Of a stretch of 62,742 nucleotides of DNA, positions 36,977 to 50,274 are shown piece after piece. Numbering within the stretch: the first letter of the stretch is position 1; each line of letters starts with the position of its first letter. The position numbers and the translations under genes are program-made. The notes beneath the pieces were generated by a model. That model was not told the origin of the DNA. It ran no database searches and saw only the letters and a program-made list of their open reading frames with translations. This stretch comes from Macrostomum lignano. Its lineage: Eukaryota. The stretch lies in contig NIVC01004053.1 of assembly GCA_002269645.1 (NCBI GenBank), positions 1 through 62,742 on the forward strand, given 5' to 3'.

Positions 36977-39900
36977 ATGAACGCTAATTTTGGATGGCAA
37001 GATAATGTAAGTATTCTTTTATTTCTTTAAGTCTAAAGTGTTAGAAATGTGACGGATATATTTCGATGTGCTAACATAGCAAATAGTAGACATTGGTGAA
37101 GATCAGTTAACTGAGAAAAATAAATTGCTTTTAAATTTTTAGAAAGTGTATTCTAAAAATATTACTAACTCAAAACATTTAAAAAGTCTAAACATTTTCC
37201 AAAAGATTATTTCCCAAAATTCCAAAAACCCTATTGTTGAAAGTCAATTTGCCAAAGGTTAGGCTTATATTAACTTAGCATTGCTGATTGCTAAGTTAAT
37301 CAGCAATTGTGATATACTACTAGTTTAAATATTTCATTTATCAAACTTTCAAACTTATTTTAACCTTTAGCTTCAAAAAATTTCAACCATGTTGACCAAG
37401 ATAGAATTTTTGTACAAAATCTTGGATGTGTTCTGTGCATGCTAACAAAAACTTGCGCACTTGTGTGTACATTTTTAGCAAACTTGTGCAACTTTAAAAA
37501 GCTTATGTGCATGCAGCTTAAAATTCTAAGAAATCTTGCATAATTTCATTTAAATATTTAGCTGCTCTATAAAAACTATTTAGCAATTGTATAAATACAA
37601 AGTAGGCAAACTTTTTTCAAGCTGTTATTAGTAAATTGAAAGTAATCACGCAGCTTTGAAACAATATTTATTATTGTGGACTATAAAGTAGCAATTACCA
37701 TGGATTTTATAATTGAATAATTACATAACTATCACTTTTTCAAATATTTTTACCATCTACTAATTTAATTATTAATTATATAAAAACAGTCCCTGATTAT
37801 TCAACCCCAAATTTCCTCCCAAACCACCACAGCCTTACAGGGGTAATCTTGCCGCTCAGCCAGTTGGCCCTGCCAACAATTATGTTCAGGCAGACAGTAA
37901 CTTCTCTAGTCAGGGCTCGCTAATTCGCCAGGTGAGGCTGTTGTTTTCATTTTTTTGCAGTGAAATTGCTTTCACCTTTATTTGGACCTTTCTGGAATGT
38001 AGTGTGCTGTCTTGTAATTCCTGTGATTTTAAATAGTAAGTTTAGCTGGCAATGAAGTTTCATGTTGGATCGTGACTTCATGTTATAGAAGATAGTTCAA
38101 ATTGTACTGGGCTATTGGGACTCAGATTTGGATCCTAGGACTTAAACTGGGATCCTGGGACTTGAACTGGGATCTTGAGAATTCAATTAGGATCCTGGGA
38201 CTTGAACTGGGATCCTGGGACTTGAATTGGGTACTTAAAGACTTGAACTGGGATCCTGGGACTTGAATTGGGTACTTAAAGACTTGAACTGGGATCCTGG
38301 GACTTGAATTAGGATCCTGAGACTTGAATTAGGATCCTGGGACTTGAAATGGGATCCTGGGACTTGAAATGGGACTCTAGGATTTGAACTGGGATCCTGG
38401 GACTTGAACTGGGATCCTGGGACTTGAAATGGGATCCTGGGACTTGAAATGGGATCCTGGGACTTGAAATGGGATCCTGGGACTTGAAATGGGATCCTGG
38501 GACTTGAAATGGGACTCTAGGATTCGAACTGGGATCCTGAGACTTGAATTAGGATCCTGGGACTTGAACTGGGATCCTGGGACTTGAACTGGGATCCTGG
38601 GACTTTAACTGGGATCCTGGGACTTGAAATGGGATCCTGGGACTTGAACTGGGATCCTGGGACTTGAAATGGGACTCTAGGATTCGAACTGGGATCCTGA
38701 GACTTGAATTAGGATCCTGGGACTTGAACTGGGATCCTGGGACTTGAACTGGGATCCTGGGACTTGAACTGGGATCCTGGGACTTGAAATGGGATCCTGG
38801 GACTTGAATTGGGTACTTAGGGACTTGAACTGGGATCCTGGGACTTGAACTTCTTGAAATTATTTGCATTCGAACCAGCTTATTGTAAGTCCGTGATTAG
38901 GACTAAAAAATATCGGGATCAATGTTTGTGACTGAAACTTGTGATCATGGGAATTCCTTTGATCCAGATAAAGATCTGGATACCATTAAGCTCACAGTAT
39001 TCTGTTTTTGCTCCTTTTTTCAATTTCAATTGCACTTTTCCGTTAGGATTAGGCTAAGGTTTAAGCGCACAGCGCAGTCAGTTTGATTTGCGTAGCTCTA
39101 GGGCTGTGAGCTCAGTATGTCAGAGTCAGCAGAGGGTGCATATTCCGGCCGGAGAGAATTTTGTGTGTGTGAGAGAGATTCAGCTGTCAGAGTGCTAGCT
39201 ATGCATGCAATTTGCTTTTGCGCTACGCCCCCCCCCCTACTGTCGGCCTGGCCTCGGCGTGTGTGTGTGTGTGTGTGTGTGTGTTGAATCTCTCCGCTTT
39301 CGGGCCACCAGCCAGCCAGCTAACTAGCTAAGCTAGCGTGGCTAAATTGCATTTTGTTCAGTCGGGCAGGCTAGTTTGGCTTGACTAAATTGAAGCCCTG
39401 GCTGTGCGAGACAATCGATTAGCGCGTAATAGTAATAATTTATAATAATTTCTTATTCCTCCCTGAGGTCGATTAGTTCATATATATGAGCGCTAATGCT
39501 AATGCATAACAATGTATTGTCTGTCTATGCATTTCACTGACTCTGTTTCCTGTTTTTCTAATCAACACAATCAATCAGTGGCAGATCCAAGTCCTGGGGG
39601 GGGGGTCGGCCGACCCCCTTGACCCCCTCCCCGCTTGGATACGCCATTGAGTTCAAGCTTTGAGCTTGAGATACTTTTAAGTAATGTAACTACGATTTTT
39701 TTAGTTTTCAGGGGTCATGACCCCTCAGATTTTCTCGGGGGGGGTCAGCCGACCCCCTTGACCTCCTTAGGATTCGCCAATGAGATCAAGCTCCAAGCTT
39801 GTTCTGTTTCCAGAGGGTTATGAACCCCCTCTGATTTTTCTCGGGGTGAGGGTCAGCCGACCCCCTTGACCCACCTGCATCGACCAGTCAACATTACAAG

Positions 39901-42900
39901 CTTAGGACTATAAATATCGGCTGTCCCAAATAAAACTCGACATTTTAATTGCCTCCTACTCGGCGCACCCGAGCCCTGATCTGTATGCTATGTGTTGAAA
40001 ACCACATTCAATTCCAGCACTTGGGGTTTAAAGGAACTATAACCCTTGACAATAGGCACAAGTTGCTTTTAAAAGAGAGGCAGCATCCACAAGATGTTGT
40101 TTGTCATCCTCCTTTGTCTGTATGCAAAACTTTTCTCTGAAATTAAGCTTGCGGTCGTGATTTTTTGGGGTTTGTTAAGTCGGATGTCATTGGGGGTTGT
40201 GATATTCTGGGTTTGTTAAGTCGGGTGTCAATGGGCGTTGTGAAATTTGGGGTTTGTTAAGTCGGGTGTCAATGGGGGTTGTGAAATTTGGGGTTTGTTA
40301 AGTCGGGTGTCAATGGGGGTTGTGAAATTTGAGGTTTGTTAAGTTGGGTGTTGTTGTGGGTTGTGAAATTTGGGGTTTGCTAAGTCGGGTGTTGTTGTGG
40401 GTTGTGAAGTAACCCAGCAAAGCCTCGTAAGGTACACGTGGAAGTACACAGACCAAAGCTTTCTACAGTCACATACCCAGACAAATACACATGAATATTG
40501 ACCAGTCTGGCTTAACAAAATCTTACCGGAAATCAGTAAAAAATTTTCTTAACTTTTTCCACTTGCTAAAGTGCTGTTACCAGGTCATTCTCGACGCCAT
40601 ATAACCGATTGGAAAGAATAATACGTTATTTTACCAAACACACTCCCTTATGATTTATGTTAGGCAGGCTATACTTATTGATCTGTGCTCTGGGGCACAC
40701 ACTTATTAATACTCGCAAGTATGCTCCAGTGTATTGCCTGAGTGCACTTTATTATAAGTGTCACGCATCTTTCTCAATATATGTGTGCGCTTGTCCATGG
40801 CGGACCAACTCCTCTTCACTTGCTTGCCCCTGCCCACCCAGTGCTCATCAGGACCTTCTTCTCCGGGTCTCTTCCACTTCCCCGCCTCTTCTCTCCCCTC
40901 CCCCCTGCCTGCCCAGTCCCTACCTTAACCATGCTGTGCGCTGTGCCATCTTTTGGCCAAGAGGCAAAATGGAAAGCTAGATGGAGGACTCTAAATCGAG
41001 TTCTATTCGTTTTAACAGCGCCTAGAAATATCTGCTGAACTTTCAACTTCAGATTCTCTAATAGCGTGGTTCTGGAACTTTCCTTATTGAAGAGAGAGAA
41101 CGGGTGATCTCATTAGATAATTGCATGCTCTTCTTCGTAGTCGGGCAACTGTTCGAATTTCATCCCAGAGCTGCCTTCTCCACTCTAAGAATGAGAATGA
41201 AAATGAGTCTGGTAATTAAGAGCACAAGAATTTTTATAATGAGCGTCTGAAGCTGAGTTCGAGTTACGGCAAATTAAAAGTCCAATTATTCAATTAAGCC
41301 ATCATTTGTTGAAGGACACAAAATATAAAGCCGTCTGCAGGTTTTCATCTTTTTACGCAAATACAGATTTTCATAATTACGCTCGTAACTGTAAGTTGAA
41401 CTAGTAGGAGCGCGGGACCCAAAACAGTTATATTTATAGACATTAATTGAGAGGGTGAGCTAAGTGCTGATAGAAATAATAAAAGTCGAAGTGCGCATCT
41501 GAGGAAAGAGGCGAAGATCGAACAGCCAATCAGAAGGCAGTGAGAGAGAGAGATAAAAAAGGAGTGAGTGCGCATCTGAGGAAAGGAGCGAAGATCGAAC
41601 AGCCAATCAGAAGGCAGTGAGAGAGAGAGATCTAAAAAAGGAGTGGGGTGCGTGACTAAGGAAAGAGGTGGAGATCGAACAGCCAATCAGAAGGCAATGA
41701 GGGAGAGAGATCTAAAAAAGGGGGAGTAGGGTGCGCGACTATGGAAAGAGGCGAAGATCAAACAGCCAATCAGAAGGCAATGAGGGAGAGAGATCTAAAA
41801 AAGGGGGAGTAGGGTGCGCGACTGAGGAAGGAGGCGAAGATCAAACAGTCAATCAGAAGGCAATGAGGGAGAGAGATCTAAAAAAGGGGGAGTAGGGTGC
41901 GCGACTATGGAAAGAGGCGAAGATCAAACAGCAAATCAGAAGGCAATAAGGGAGAGAGATCTAAAAAAGGGGGAGTAGGGTGCGCGACTGAGGAAGGAGG
42001 CGAAGATCGAACAGCCAATCAGAAGGCAGTGAGGGAAAGAGATAAAAAATGAAGTGGAATGCGTGACTAAGGAAAGAGGCGAAGAGCTTACAGGCCAGAA
42101 ATTCATTAAGAAAATCATTAAAAAGCGCAATAACTTTCCGTGCGGTCGGATAAGTTTTTGCGTGTGCCTCAAATTAAGTGGATTCATTTTCATATTTATA
42201 ATACTACGTATACGGGGCTCATAAAACTTCAATTTTAATGCAGTCAGAGCTTCGTAGTTTTTCTTTAACAAAACTCGTTTTCAACTTTTGCATCGATTCC
42301 TACCCCTATTTCTCGTTTTCCGTTTTTTCCTAGTTGTATTGCAGAGCGAGTTAAATTAGTGCTACTACTGCTATTACTATAAAATACTATAAATGCTAAG
42401 CAACAGTGGCAGGGCGCCGCCCAAGGTAAACCAAGGTTAATCAATACCAAACTGGGGAGCACTTAATCATGCATTGCAATCATGGATGCACTATTTACCT
42501 GCATATAATCTGCATATGCACACAATATTGAATTATAAATGTAAGCTAAGCTTAGCGCTGGCCTAGCACAGTTATCATTGCAATTTTGCAGTTTTAAAAG
42601 CAACACAGATTATAATTGCTCTCATAATATTATATGTATCTATATGCTTGGCTGTGCCTCACAAAGATGCCTCCCGCCGAGATCCCGGGTTCGATTCCGT
42701 GTGCGGCCGCATTCATTTGGGGCTCGCTCGTTCACAGCCATGAGGGACAACTACCAAAGCACAGAGACTGTACATGCCTGACATGTACAGTCAATGTGCT
42801 TGTAGCCCAGTGGTTAGAGCGTCGGACTCACGACTTGAAGGCCGGGGGTTCGATTCCCGATCCCATTCGCAACAATTTGTGTCCTTGAGCAAGACACTTC

Positions 42901-45900
42901 AACTCTGCATTGCTTCAGTTCACCCAGCTGTAAAATGGGTGCCAGCATTAGCGACCCCCCAGTCCTTGGACTGAACAGCCGTACGCAGCCTTCAGATGCG
43001 CCGCACAGCGCAATAGCTGCGGCTGAGCTGTCATTCAAAGGGCCGCTGTGTACACCCTGTGTGAGCGTGTGCGTGCCCAGAGGCCAGCTAGCAATCCATA
43101 AACTGCACCTGAACTCCGCAGGGCAGCGCCGAGTCCAGCTACTCCGGCCGCAGCTCGGCCGAGCCAGTCCTAGACGAGGACGCCAAACGGGAGCGCCAGC
43201 GCCAGGCCGCTGAGCAGCTGGAGAAGGCCAAGACTAAGCCGGTAGCATTCGCCGTACGAACCAATATCGCCTACAATGGCAGCAGCGACGCCGAGAGTCC
43301 CGTGCCCGGCCAGGCCATCACTTTCGATGTGAAAGATTTCCTGCACATCAAAGAGAAATTTGACAGCTATTGGTGGATTGGGCGATTAGTTAGGGAGAAC
43401 TGCGATTGCCAGTTTGTGCCATCGCCAGCCAGGCTCGACTGTCTGCGGGTGCAGCAACGGTCAGGCACGTCTAAGAGCAGCGGCACGGCGGCTGGAGGCC
43501 TCACTGCCGGTTCGTCTAGTGAGAAATCTCCATATCTCCCATATTAGAGTGGTAGAATGGGGAGAAATCTCCCATATTAGAGTGGTAGATTTTGGGAGAA
43601 ATCTCCCATATTAGAGTAGTAGATTTTGGAAGAAATCTCCCATATTAGAGTGGTAGAGTTTGGGAGAAATCTCCCATATTAGAGTGGTAGAGTGGAAGGA
43701 ATCTCCCATATTAGAGTGGTAGGATGGGGAGAAATCTCCCATATTAGTGGTAGATTTTGGGAGAAATCTCCCATATTAGTGGTAGATTTTGGGAGAAATC
43801 TACCATATTAGAGTGGTAGAGTGGAAGAAATCTCCCATATTAGAGTGGTAGAATGGGGAGAAATCTCCCATATTAGAGTGGTAGATTTTGGAAGAAATCT
43901 CTCATATTAGAGTGGTAGATTTCGGGCGAAATTTCCCATATTAGAGTGGTAGAATGGGGAGAAATCTCCCATATTAGTGGTAGATTTTGGGAGAAATCTC
44001 CCATATTAGAGTAGTAGATTTTGGAAGAAGTCTCCCATATTAGAGTAGTAGATTTTGGAAGAAATCTCCCATATTAGAGTGGTAGATTTTGGGAGAAATC
44101 TCCCATATTAGAGTGGTAGAATGGGGAGAAATCTTCAATATTAGAGTGGTAGAGTGGGGAGAAATCTCCCATATTAGAGTGGTAGAATGGGGAGAAATCT
44201 CCAATATTAGAGTGGTAGAGTGGGGAGAAATCTCCCATATTAGAGTGGTAGAATGGGGAGAAATCTCCCATATTAGAGTGGTAGAGTGGTCCGTGAGAGA
44301 CATCTCAACACCCCCCATTTTCCCCTCCGCAGGCGGCACCCCACCCGTCCAGAGCCCCCTGGTGGACGTGGCCGAAGAGTCGGACAAGGCAGACAGCGAC
44401 TCGCTCGGCCGCGGCGCAACAATCGGCCGAAGCGATGCAGCCAGAAAGAAGGCGTTTTTTAAGAAGGTTGGAACATTTTTCAAAAAAATTCTGTTAGCAA
44501 CTTTCCGTTTTTATTGTAGAAACACCTGCTATTAAGCCTTTGAAAGCTTAGAAATTTTATGCGCATACTTTTTCTATTCCCAACTCCCGGCTGAGACAAA
44601 GCAATTGTCAAGGCGTTCACCCTCGCAGCTGTCAAAACAGTTGACAGTCTGCTGCGCTCCAGGCACTGCAGCCTGTGTTGCCTCTCTGCCCTGTTATGCT
44701 GTTCTAACACACACCCATAGCGCCAATAATGCTATGCAATACTGACTTGACTGGCCCGGCCCCAGGTTACTTACGGAGGCACCGATCGATATGTGTTCTA
44801 TCCGCGCGCCACCTCAGAGGAGTACACGGGTCCCACCGTGCACTTTATGGTAATAGCTGTCTGTGTCTTCCAGTCCGCTCTGTTCCACTGTCCGCCTCTC
44901 GTGTCTCCTCTCTCTCTCTCTCTCTCTCTCTGCCTGATTGTCTTCTTACCCAGCTTTTCAGTTGAGTTCTCCATCGAGGCCAACCCCCAAGGCACAGAGA
45001 CTGTACATGCCTGACCACATCATGGGATTTACCTTGAGCATGGCTTGTTTATATCGACTCAAATGCGGTGGGCATTTTCTCTCCAAATTTTTATTTCGTT
45101 GGGTACCAGTTTTTTTTTAAACTTATGATTGAAAATTATTTTTAAGGATTTTGAATGCACAATTTGCCTGTGTGTATCAAAAATAAAATTTTATTTTTTT
45201 ACTTGCTAAACTTTGAGAATCTACCAGTTGAAAATTTAGAATGCAGCTTTAGTCTGATCTCTTTTTTTAACGTTTTTTAGGTTCTGTCTGTAACTACGAG
45301 CAAACACGAGTATTTTGTTTGATTTGTTCTATTTTGGTTGGGCGTTGCCTTTTTGCTTGCTCAAGTTTTAATATTAGGAGTATATAATTATTATTTATTT
45401 AATTGTCATGTCCGTTAAACATTAGGACTGTAATTTACATATACGGGGTATAGAGTCCCGGAAGGTTGTAGTTGAATATCTTGACGGTCTGAGATCGGAT
45501 ATAAGTGGAGAGTCCCAGAAGGTTATTGTTGAATATCTTGACGGTCTGAGATCGAATATGAATGGAGAGTCCCAGAAGGTTGTCGTTGAATATCTTGACG
45601 GTCTGAGATCGGTAAGTTTGCGGAGAGTTCCCGAAGGTTGTCGTTGAATGTCTTGACGGTCTGAGATCGGATATCAGCGGAAAGTCCTTAGAAAGTTATC
45701 GTTGAATATCTTGACGGTCTGAGATCGGGAATGTGCGGAAACTTCAGGTTGTCGTTGAATATCTTGACGGTCTAAGATCGGGAATGTGCGGAAACTTCAG
45801 GTTGTCGTTGAATATCTTGACGGTCTGAGATCGGGAATGTGCGGAAACTTCAGGTTGTCGTTGAATATCTTGACGGTCTGAGATCGGGAATGTGCGGAAA

Positions 45901-48789
45901 CTTCAGGTTGTCGTTGAATATCTTGACGGTCTGAGATCGGGAATGTGCGGAAACTTCAGGTTGTCGTTGAATATCTTGACGGTCTGAGATCTGTAAGTGT
46001 GCGGAGAGTTCCCGAAGGTTGTCGTTGAATATCTTGACGGTCTGAGATCGGGAATGTGCGGAAACTTCAGGTTGTCGTTGAATATCTTGACGGTCTGAGA
46101 TCTGTAAGTGTGCGGAGAGTTCCCGAAGGTTGTCGTTGAATATCTTGACGGTCTGAGATCGGGAATGTGCGGAGAGTTCCAGTTGAATATCAGGACGGAC
46201 CGGTGCGCCATTGTTTCATTCGGGTGCAGAACAGGCACTATTGGGGCTTATGTGTTTGGTTACCGCCTCTCTAATGGCATAGCTATCCACAAACTGCTCA
46301 CCCACAGTCGGACTCGTCACCCCCGTACGAGGTCGTGCCCTCCATGCGGCCCGTAGTGCTGATCGGGCCCAGCCTTAAAGGCTACGAAGTCACCGACATG
46401 ATGCAGCGGGCAATGTTCGACTTTTTAAAGCGACGTTTCGAAGGTCGAATAATTATCACTCAGGTGTCGGCTGACATCTCCCTGGCTAAGCGCAGCGTAT
46501 TGAATAATCCGAATCGGTGGGCCCTGATTGAACGGGGCAGTCGGGCCAGTAATATTGGTGCGTTATTTCATTATGATTTATGATTAGCAACTGTCCAATA
46601 ATGTTTTTATTGCACCCGACTTAAAACTCCTTAAAATACCTTAACTTCAGGTCCCATTTTCAGAACCCTGAACTTCAGATCCCATTCTCAGAACCCTAAA
46701 CTTCAGGTCCCATTCTCAGAACCCTAAACTTCAGGTCCCATTCTCAGAACCCTGAACTTCAGATCCCATTCTCAGAACCCTAAACTTCAGGTCCCATTCT
46801 CAGAACCCTGAACTTCAGGTCCCATTCTCAGAACCCTGAACTTCAGGTCCCATTCTCAGAACCCTGAACTTCAGGTCCCATTCTCAGAACCCTGAACTTC
46901 AGGTCCCATTCTCAGAACCCTGAACTTCAGGTCCCATTCTCAGAACCCTAAACTTCAGGTCCCATTCTCAGAACCCTAAACTTCAGGTCCCATTCTCAGA
47001 ACCCTGAACTTCAGGTCCCATTCTCAGAACCCTGAACTTCAGGTCCCATTCCCTGATCCCCTAAACTTCAGGTCCTATTCCCTGAACCCAATTTCTGATA
47101 AATGCTATATAATCTATATTCTATATCTATATTCTGCAAACATTCCAGCCGAAGTCCAGCAGGAGATCGAGCGCATCTTCGAGTTGGCCCGCACCCTCCA
47201 GCTGGTGGTGCTGGACTGCGACACCATCAACCATCCCGGCCAGCTGGCCAAGACTTCTCTGGCTCCAATTGTTGTTTATTTGAAAATCAATTCGCTCAAG
47301 GTGCTGCAGCGTCTAATTAAAAGTCGTGGAAAGTCGCAGACCAGAAGTATGACGCAACAGCTGAGCCTGGCCGAGAAACTGCAGCAGTGCAGCGCGGTAA
47401 GCTGACCTTACAATGCTACTGTGATGCTGCCACCCTGGGTCTCTGGGTATCTCTCCAGGTCTGTGGGTCTCTTTCAATCTAGCTTTTGGTCTGTGTCTGG
47501 GTCTTTGCGTTTCTAAGTCTTTGGTCCCTGAGTGTCTCTGTGTGTCTATGGGTGTCTATCTGTCTCTGTGTGTCTATGGGTGTCTCTGGGTGTCTATCTG
47601 TCTCTGGGTGTCTCTGTGTGTCTATGGGTGTCTATCTGTCTCTGTGTGTCTATGGGTGTCTCTGGGTGTCTATCTGTCTCTGGGTGTCTCTGTGTGTCTA
47701 TGGGTGTCTATCTGTCTCTGTGTGTCTATGGGTGTCTCTGGGTGTCTATCTGTCTCTGGGTGTCTCTGTGTGTCTATGGGTGTCTATCTGTCTCTGTGTG
47801 TCTATGGGTGTCTCTGGGTGTCTATCTGTCTCTGGGTGTCTCTGTGTGTCTATGGGTGTCTATCTGTCTCTGTGTGTCTATGGGTGTCTCTGGGTGTCTA
47901 TGGGTGTCTCTGGGTGTCTATCTGTCTCTGTGTGTCTATGGGTGTCTCTGGGTGTCTATCTGTCTCTGGGTGTCTCTGTGTGTCTATGGGTGTCTATCTG
48001 TCTCCGGGTGTCTCTGTGTGTCTCTGGGTGTCTATCTGTCTCTGGGTGTCTCTGTGTGTCTCTGGGTGTCTATCTGTCTCTGGGTGTCTATCTGTCTCTG
48101 GGTGTCTATCTGTCTCTGGGTGTTTATCTGTCTCTGGGTGTCTATCTGTCTCTGAGTGTCTCTGGGTGTCTATGGGTGTCTATCTGTCTCCGGGTGTCTC
48201 TGGGTGTCTCTGGGTGTCTGTCTGTCTCAGGGTGTCCCTGTAACTAGATTTAGCTGTCTCTGTGTCCATCTCCCTGTAAGTCTCTCTCAGTCTTTCAGTC
48301 TGATATCAGGCGAATTCTCTGCAAGCTCAGGTTCCCCCAACCCATCCCCGCCAGGATCTCTATGACGTGGTGCTAGACGAAAACCAATTGGAGGATGCGT
48401 GCGAACACCTGGCTGAATACCTGGAGGCCTATTGGCGTGCTACTCATCCGCCTTCGATGCTGAGCAAAGCTGAACGACTTTTAGGCATGTCCGGGCAGTC
48501 CACAGCTGGCGGTCATCAGCATCATCAGCATATGCTGCATCATCAGCATCATCAGCATCATCAGCAGCAGCAGGCGGCTCAGCCATCGAATGCCGCGTCA
48601 TCGGCTGCCGGAGCTGCCGCGGCGGCGACAGGCGGCGGGCTGTGGAGCGGCGATCCCGAGGACTACCGGAGCGACCGGCAGCTGCGGGTGGACCGGGGCG
48701 GTCAGCAGCATCCTCAGCAGCAGCGCAGGCGTCAGCTGCCGCAGCCGCCTGGCAACCAGCCCCGACCCCAGGGATCCATTCCTATTTAA
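36977..48789 (+). CDS. CACNB: Voltage-gated calcium channel beta subunit; exons 36977-37006 (tentative), 37833-37931, 43122-43518, 44333-44466, 46308-46557, 47149-47396, 48355-48789 (~530 aa)
   Basis: LIRQ|GSAES junction as in CACNB; SH3 ([28 protein letters not shown]); HOOK ending FFKK; GK domain [78 protein letters not shown]. All phases consistent; first exon less certain. Confidence 0.95.
38120..38850. repeat. 20-bp minisatellite (CTGGGACTTGAACTGGGATC)n, CACNB intron 2
   Basis: Direct inspection. Confidence 0.97.
39576..39649. mobile_element. Tiny CAGTGGC-type MITE-like hairpin, followed by two partial copies to ~39890
   Basis: Imperfect inverted ends CAGTGGCAGATCCAAG / CTTGGATACGCCATTG; internal GCCGACCCCCTTGACC recurs at ~39750 and ~39855; no TSD seen. 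Confidence 0.5.
40165..40410. repeat. 41-bp minisatellite (GGGGTTTGTTAAGTCGGGTGTCAATGGGGGTTGTGAAATTT)n
   Basis: Direct inspection, ~6 copies. Confidence 0.92.
41494..42085. repeat. ~77-85-bp tandem repeat carrying CAGCCAATCAG, 7 copies
   Basis: Direct inspection. Confidence 0.92.
42650..43080 (+). mobile_element. SINE family B copy split by family A; further B fragments at 44970-45015, 53175-53210, 61392-61440
   Basis: B box GGTTCGATTCC, CACAGCCATGAGGG..GCACAGAGACTGTACATGCCTGAC, resumes AAAGGGCCGCTG..CCTGTGTGAGCG. Confidence 0.75.
42801..43032 (+). mobile_element. SINE family A copy nested in a family B copy
   Basis: Family A sequence interrupts family B between ..CATGCCTGAC and AAAGGGCCGCTG. 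Confidence 0.88.
43520..44290. repeat. 32/33-bp minisatellite (GAGAAATCTCCCATATTAGAGTGGTAGAATGGG)n, CACNB intron 3
   Basis: Direct inspection; starts at the donor site. Confidence 0.97.
45450..46190. repeat. 53/54-bp minisatellite (GGTTGTCGTTGAATATCTTGACGGTCTGAGATCGGGAATGTGCGGAAACTTCA)n, CACNB intron 4
   Basis: Direct inspection. Confidence 0.97.
46640..47095. repeat. 28-bp minisatellite (AACTTCAGGTCCCATTCTCAGAACCCTG)n, CACNB intron 5
   Basis: Direct inspection. Confidence 0.97.
47530..48240. repeat. Compound 10-12-bp GTGTCT(C/A)T array, CACNB intron 6
   Basis: Direct inspection. Confidence 0.95.
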
Positions 48790-49009
48790 AGTGTTGCAAC
48801 TCAGAACTGCTTTATCTTGGACTGTGTCTGCAAGTTTTTTATGGCAATCAGCTGATGACGTAACCTATTTATAGAATTATAGTTATGCTTAGTTATACCT
48901 TTACTCTGTTGGCCTGCTGTTCAAATTATAGCCGAAATTCTCACTGCCTACTTATAGTAGTATCGTTGCAGAAAAAGTTTAAAAAATCGATTAGAAATTT
49001 TTCGAAAAT

Positions 49010-49580
49010 CCCCATAGAGAATCGCCCCATAAAATTCCCATACTTAGAGAATCGCCCCATAAAATCCCCATACTTAGAGAATCGCCCCATAAAATCCCCA
49101 TACTTAGAGAATCGCCCCATAAAATCCCCATACTTAGAGAATCGCCCCATAAAATCCCCATACTTAGAGAATCGCCCCATAAAATCCCATAGAGAATCGC
49201 CCTATAAAATCTCCATAGAGAATCACCCCATAAAATCCCCATACTTAGAGAATCGCCCCATAAAATCCCCATACTTAAAGAATCGCCACATAAAATCCCA
49301 TAGAGAATCGCCCCATAAAATCCCGTTAGTCAGAGAATCGCCCCATAAAATCCCCTTAGTCAGAGAATCGCCCCATAAAATCTCATAGAGAATCGCCCCA
49401 TAAAATCCCATAGAGAATCGCCCCATAAAATCCCCTTAGTCAGAGAATCGCCCCATAAAATCTCATAGAGAATCGCCCCATAAAATCCCATAGAGAATCG
49501 CCCCATAAAATCCCCTTAGTCAGAGAATCGCCCCATAAAATCTCATAGAGAATCGCCCCATAAAATCTCCCCAGAGAATC
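49010..49580. repeat. 30-bp minisatellite (GAGAATCGCCCCATAAAATCCCCATACTTA)n
   Basis: Direct inspection. Confidence 0.96.
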
Positions 49581-50274
49581 GGTATTGCGTTTTGATAATA
49601 GAATTTAGATTGAGGCATATACTTACTGTGTTATTTATTGTAAGCACATTCAGAGTTCCCTATTGCTCATTTCAGTATTATTTGGTACACTATAACTGAA
49701 TAGATAAATTCCTGACAATATTATTTGTTATGCCATGTTGAAGCATTGCCAGTTTAAAATCCACTCTGGGTTGGTTCTGTATTTTTTAATTGCATCCTGT
49801 TTCTATTTATAAATTCTCTTTTAATGCTAATTTTTTTGTTGGACGCGCTAGTCACTACTTGGTTGAGCTAGTCATTGCGCACACACGCTAGTAGTATGAT
49901 ATTATAACAAAAAATTGTTATTCTGCACATTTTCTTTCTCTATTTATTCTACACCAGAAGTAATGGAGCCGTATTCAGAGCCTGTACCGCCATTTTGTAT
50001 TTTCTTATATTTTACTCCAATGGATCCTGAAGGTTTTTTTGTTGCAACAGAAATTCCAAAACATTTACCTCATAATCATTTTTACCACACTGTTTACTAC
50101 CTTTGCAAGTAGTCATCTGCGACACGAGTGGTCTTTTTATTATTGAAATTAGCTGATATGTATTACACATTTCATATGTATGATACGAGTATGAAAACCA
50201 ATTTGACAGCTTTCTGTTTGGAAAAATTCATATTTAGTTTGCGATCGAGTAGTTAGGGTTTTAATAATTTTAGG

